A stretch of 63,780 nt of DNA, the filler included, from Bigelowiella natans CCMP2755 (lineage: Eukaryota > Protista > Cercozoa): the NCBI GenBank assembly GCA_000320545.1. It is 4 parts of 4 records of this genome, joined end to end, with 100 filler letters (N's around TTAATTAATTAA, not from the genome) between each part and the next. Parts side by side here need not be neighbours in the genome. Positions count along the whole stretch, not along the records: positions 42,362 to 62,452 come from ADNK01001212.1; positions 62,553 to 63,780 come from ADNK01001895.1; 2 more parts are not named here. One strand, written 5' to 3'. This document shows, one piece after another, positions 54,216-63,780 of the stretch. The notes beneath the pieces are model-generated. The model searched no databases and had not been told where the DNA came from. It was given only the letters and a program-made list of their open reading frames with translations. The stretch's first letter is position 1. The number at the start of each line of letters is the position of its first letter. The translations under genes and the position numbers were made by a program.

Positions 54216-56432
54216 TCAGGAAACTACTTTAAATTCCAGTATCATTTTAAACTCCTTAGGTACTGTTGAATGTTTTGTGTCCTTACAGATTTTATCAATC
54301 TGGGTTTTGTGAAGTTCCAATTTGCAGATTCCTTTGATATCCGGCTCCAGGAATCTTGTGTTCAACCAAAGCTGAAAAAGCTTCTTCTTTTTCATGGAGT
54401 ACCGCTTGCGAAATTGGAAAGTGATCCTTACGTCATCATTTAGAATCATATCTGGTTCCCCTCTCCATGTTGCACAGTTCTCTTTTTCTTCGCAAGGTAA
54501 TTTCTTAGCCTTCTTGAATCTCTTCACCAGACGCTTCAATACAGCATCTGGAATTCTCTTGCCCTCCTCGACATCAATCTTGTCGGTGTTTTTCACTTGC
54601 TTTAGTTGGTTGACGCCTTTGAGCTCCATCGTGTCAAACATGTCTATGCTGAACCAACAGTTCCCTTGGCCCATGTGTTTGGGTTTGGGCTCCATAGTCA
54701 TCGAAACAAGCTGCACCTTTTGGCTACGTGGTATTTTCTTCTTACCAGAGCGCTTGTCCTCGAGAAACCGACGGAAATAATCTACATATCTCATTTGGCT
54801 AGGGATGGTTACTCCTTTGGAGTTCTTTGTTCTTTTCACAGCGAAATACCTCAATGCTGAGAAACTGTCTTGGTGTTGACTGTTGTAAATTAAATATGCT
54901 GATATCATCAAGCCGGTCCGGCCCTTCCCCGCCTTGCAGTGTATCGCGGCACAATTCTGCTCACTTTCTTCAAGAAATTTGTGAAGGTGTGCACAGAAAG
55001 GTTCCATCATATCAAAAGGGCAAGGGTTGTGGTCTTCAAATCCGTATTGCACAACACGGTTGTGGAATTTCTTGATTGGGTACGAACGGTCGTCACAAAG
55101 GTTATAGAGCTGAAAATGGTCTTTGTGGAAATGCTCGAGAAATCTAATTACTTCGTCGAGGTTATTTCGATATAACGCTGACATATCGGACGCAGGTATT
55201 CCCATAGCAATTATTTGGGGAGTAATATATGACAAATCAAGATCAAATCCTTCGACCATGAACCTACGTTTCTTTTTTGAAACCTGGCCCCGTACAATCC
55301 CCAGAAGAGATTTTTGTGTTTTTTCATCCGGTCTGCTAAAGTCTCCTGTTTGAATCTGCACGTCCTTAACGTAGTTGCTTGGGAATAGTCCCACCCGCAG
55401 TGGCTTGCTTCCTATCACCCTTCCTCTCATAATTTTCACGTCTTCCTTTTCTTCATCCCCATCTTCGAAACTAGCTGTAAAGGCAAGGTATATGTTTCAG
55501 GTTTTTTGTTCAAACTGATATAAATTGTGCAAATTACTTAAGAAAGAAGCCAAGTCCATTTTCTGAGTCTTCTTCGGTGCCTCCACCTTCACATCCGGAT
55601 CTAACGAAGGTGGGATATTATGTACTATCCAACAAGATTGTTTCAATCAATAAATTACCTAGAATTTCTATTATCTCGTCATAGGTGAACCACGTGTGCT
55701 TCTTCTTTCCAACAGGTTTATAGTCAAAGAGAGCCCGTACCCAGGTAGGAACCTAAAATAAAATGATCATTTCGAGGATAAGGTAACTTCACTTGGAGTT
55801 TATACCTTCAGAGATGCTCCAGTATTCCTCGCTGTGATGCGCAATGAATGGGTAGGCGTATCCTTGGCGACCGTCTGGAAGAAAAGGCGTGAGAATCATG
55901 ATAACCTTATCTGAAGAAAATTAATACCATAATTTTTTGAATTTGGGTCTCCAGGGCTGTCATTTGGCGTGTGCCATTTCTATATTTTTGTCGTAACAGT
56001 TCCATTTCGCTCTGGCGTGTTTCCTCACTTAGCTTTCGCTCGAGAGTCTTTACTTCCTCAGCTTTTGCTTTTCTCTGCTCCTCAAGCTTCATAGCCTTCG
56101 TGATTTTATGTGCTAACATCTGATCCTCTCTATCCGTATCACTAGAATGTCCCTCCTCGTCTCTTCATTCACATCCGAAACATACAACAATTTTAGTTTT
56201 TAATTTGAGTTTATGTAAATTGATGATGTTGAAAGCAAATTACATTTCACTGAGAAGATGGTTATGGGACCCTAATCCTGAAGGTGATAGTCCCGAGTTT
56301 GGTGTAGAAACACTTTCACGTGGGGACTTCGGAATCGTTATTGAATGCTTCATATCTGAAGCTAATCTGTTTCTTTTCTCAACAGCAGATAGTTCCTCCT
56401 CGCTGTCCAAAAGTAAGAAAGTTATTCCAGCC
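54216..56432 (-). CDS. PTEN-family phosphatase (PTP + C2) with upstream SH3 domain and coiled coil; start uncertain
   Basis: VSKKKRRF, FDLDLSYIT, FEDHNP, HCKAGKGRTG, GVTIPSQMRYV and FQLWLNTRF. SH3 motifs VRALFDY (~55725) and GLFPSNYV (~55380). Confidence 0.9.
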
Positions 56433-57344
56433 TAAGTTTTTTAAGAGATAACTGCATGTAAATTTGAGCAGACCTGTTCTTCATTTTGGAGTAATGGATT
56501 GGAGAGGGGGAGAGAGAACAAATTCCTTCTCCACAATCTTCTACTATGTTGCACGCGTGTTGAAGCTTTACTGAAAATCAAGAGACCAAATTACACATCT
56601 CTCGAGAATCTCGAATATTTTTTTCAGCTACTAAATCTGGATTCAGATAAAGTTTTCGGAAAATTTACTCATTTTCTAAGAAGCGACATACATAAAGCAT
56701 TGTCTACCGAATTCTCTAGGGCTTTGCGGCTAACTGACAAGCCACAAGTTGTGTTCGCTGTTCTGTTTTAGGATACCGGGAATAACGGCAACCTTATCTT
56801 CTCACAGAGAGAAATCCCCCTGCGAAAGCAATCCTAGTTTCTAGTTTGCAGAAGCGGAAACCATTCATCAACGTACGACTTCTAAACAGGAAGTTTTTCC
56901 CTCCGAATTTGCTCTAATTCGCACAACGCACAAAAAGCGCCTGCTTCAAGCTGAAATCCTCGCTAGGAATCCTGAAAATTCCTAGTTTTGTCCCCATTCC
57001 TTCTCGGCTATTGGGAGGAATCTGAAAAGGAGATTTTTTGAAAAGAAATTGTACGAAATATTGTCGCACATAATATTACGATCCCATCTCAACCGTCGTA
57101 CTATTCCTCGATCACACACACGGAGCAGGACCTAGGACTCTGCTAAGGTGTTTGTTTTGTGTGCAATGAATGATCTCTCATCCCTCAATGCGGACAGGGG
57201 CTAGATGAAAGTTCCTCTACTCTCGATAGTTACATGACCTTTCTTGGATGAATTGTTGAAATAGCACGTTTCCAACCGAATTGCCATTTGGTCGATCTTG
57301 ACCAAAAAAATGGGACTCTAACCGACATACTTCCTTTAGGAAAA

Positions 57345-57557
57345 ATGAGCGGGCATACCGAACAGGACAAACTGACGGAGCTCAAAAACGAAGTTAACAA
57401 ACTAAAAAGCGAGAGAGATTTGCTAAAGGGTGTCAAAATGACGCCACAACAAGCTGCTGGTGAGATTCTTGAGCATCTGAAAAAGGCAGAAGTAGATCCC
57501 ATCATGGCGACCGATAACCCATGGAGACCATCGACTGATTGCTGTGTTTTGGCTTAG
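57345..57557 (+). CDS. Heterotrimeric G-protein gamma subunit (GGL domain)
   Basis: 70 aa: N-terminal coiled coil LKNEVNKLKSE, then AAGEILEHL, DPI, NPW and C-terminal CCVLA CaaX. Confidence 0.8.
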   Translation: MSGHTEQDKLTELKNEVNKLKSERDLLKGVKMTPQQAAGEILEHLKKAEVDPIMATDNPWRPSTDCCVLA

Positions 57558-58659
57558 CGGTTTGCCTGATGCTGTTGAAATAGAAGCTTTCGCAAATTCC
57601 GCACCAAAACTACTAATTGTCACTCATGCCTAATTCACACGGGGTTTTAGAGGAGTACAGGCCAGATATACAGAAGTGGCCACTGAAAATGTTTATATCG
57701 CAGTGATGCTTTTTGTGTTCGTTTATCGATGGATCACATCTAATCAATTCTCGAATCACATCAAATGCAGTCGTAGGTTAAAGTTGCCATTATTAATTGG
57801 GCAAAATCAGTGTAGAACGTCGTACATCAGACGTTGCAATAGAGGGATCAACTCCACCCGATAGTCATGGAACATGCGTCGCAAATGCTGTGAACATGTA
57901 GCATGAAAAACACGCAGATCCTGCTTCATACGAAATCATATCATTTGCAATTTACACATGTTATACATGTAAAACACAATGTAGCACGAACACGTACGTA
58001 CGATAAACGTAGCATAAAGCATATTTCCAGAGAGGGGGAGTTAGATCAAGCAACGAGCGACCAAGCACAATTATGGTAGCGCCTACGTACAAAAGCAAGG
58101 CAAACTAGCAGAGACGCAAACCAATCTCTGTCGATCTTCTCATTTGCAAGCACCCTTACTAGCTAGCGCTGCTATGCTAGTATGTGACATTCTAGCATTG
58201 CTAGATTGCGTGTTCGTTAGCGATGTGCATGCGATGCTAGCATATGGCAGGATGGCCACATCTAGCTGGACATTTACACGTGTGACGACGTACACGCACG
58301 CTAGCACGTGGATCGATCGAACTATAGCGAACATGAACACACGAACGTCTATCATAGATGTGTGCAACATCGTATACGTAGCTACGTACACTCACTACTT
58401 GCTAGCTGCGACTAGCCTAGCTTGTCTGAGTAGTGCTAGAGTTATAGAGTGTACAAATGCAGCAACTTGCAACCATCCAGACGCATGCATGACCATGATA
58501 GCATCCATGAAACAAATCTAGAAATGGCAATGCCTGCTAAATTGAAATTTAGAAATGACAATGCAAACAATGGCAACGCAATGCATGTGTGTGCATGTGT
58601 GCACATGCTAGCATGTGCATGACAATTGCACAGCTACTGTGTTGTGATATCTAGATGTT

Positions 58660-58886
58660 AGGATGACCATTAAAAAGATTTAATCACTTCATTACATCCG
58701 TCTCACACACACATGAGATGGATGTAATGAAATGTTTTGAATCATAATTTTTCAATGGTCATCTTAATGTAGCTGTGCAGAGCAGCGGCTACAGCGCTTA
58801 AGTTGTATCTAGCTGTTTGTTTCTTGTGTCACATGAAACAAACAGATGCAACTTAAGATATATGTATATATGTATATGTATATATA

Positions 58887-58928
<42 letters not shown>

Positions 58929-59060
58929 CTGTGTCTACAATGCAAGCATGGCACAAAACACATTCAAGTTTAAGACCTTGCTAGCTAGTGTTAATGTCGA
59001 TCGACTACTCTAGTACCCCCATTGAAAAGATTTAATCAATTCATTACATCCGTCTCACAG
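58660..59060. mobile_element. Second copy or abutting copies of the same inverted-end repeat family
   Basis: cattacatccgtctcaca occurs at ~58690 and ~59042, and its inverse tgagatggatgtaatg at ~58714. Confidence 0.6.
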
Positions 59061-59117
59061 GTCACAAGCGTGCATCATCTAGCCATGCTATGCACTCTAA
59101 CAATGAGTATCACTATA

Positions 59118-63500
<4,383 letters not shown>

Positions 63501-63780
63501 CACACGAGAATGGCGTCTAGTTTATGCACTCTCCTTCTCTTTCTTTCTCTCTCTCTCTCTCTCTCTCTTCCACCCCCCCCACCCAAAACCAACTTATTGG
63601 TATCTTTGTTTCAATGGTCATCCTTTTTGTATATACTTTGGCACAGACCTGATGCATACAACAATGCTAGATAACAACAGTGTAGGCTATTCATGCGACA
63701 CATGCATTGCATCCATCGCTCATATTTTAGAAAACAAATCCACGGGCAACGATAGAACTTGAGCGAATGATATTCGTCGA

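Overview
Eukaryotic nuclear scaffold with spliceosomal GT-AG introns, abundant microsatellites and three N-gaps carrying a TTAATTAATTAA linker. Gene content and style suggest a flagellated protist such as a chlorarachniophyte/rhizarian; this is inference only. About 15 genes were reconstructed by hand-splicing: secreted GULO/ALO-type FAD oxidase (-), a giant multidomain Roco gene (-), DMC1 (+), SAM methyltransferase (-), EF-hand-like protein (+), KDEL-ending thioredoxin/PDI 3' fragment (-), WDR3/UTP12 5' part (-), large low-complexity protein (+), CUE-like/Ig-like protein (-), PP2A-family phosphatase (+), GAS8/DRC4 (-), NUS1 (+), SH3-PTEN (-), G-protein gamma subunit (+) and a partial PDZ/p25-like protein (-). 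The most striking locus is 3983-14385 (-). It appears to be one gene joining an N-myristoylation motif, an ankyrin array built from near-identical 255-bp exon+intron cassettes, ROC-COR, a degenerate EF-hand pair, a CHAT (caspase-like) protease with His/Cys retained and a STAND-type NTPase. This is a candidate modular immune-receptor/cell-death protein. One of its introns holds a 1.19-kb foldback transposon-like element. Exon boundaries were read manually and are approximate.
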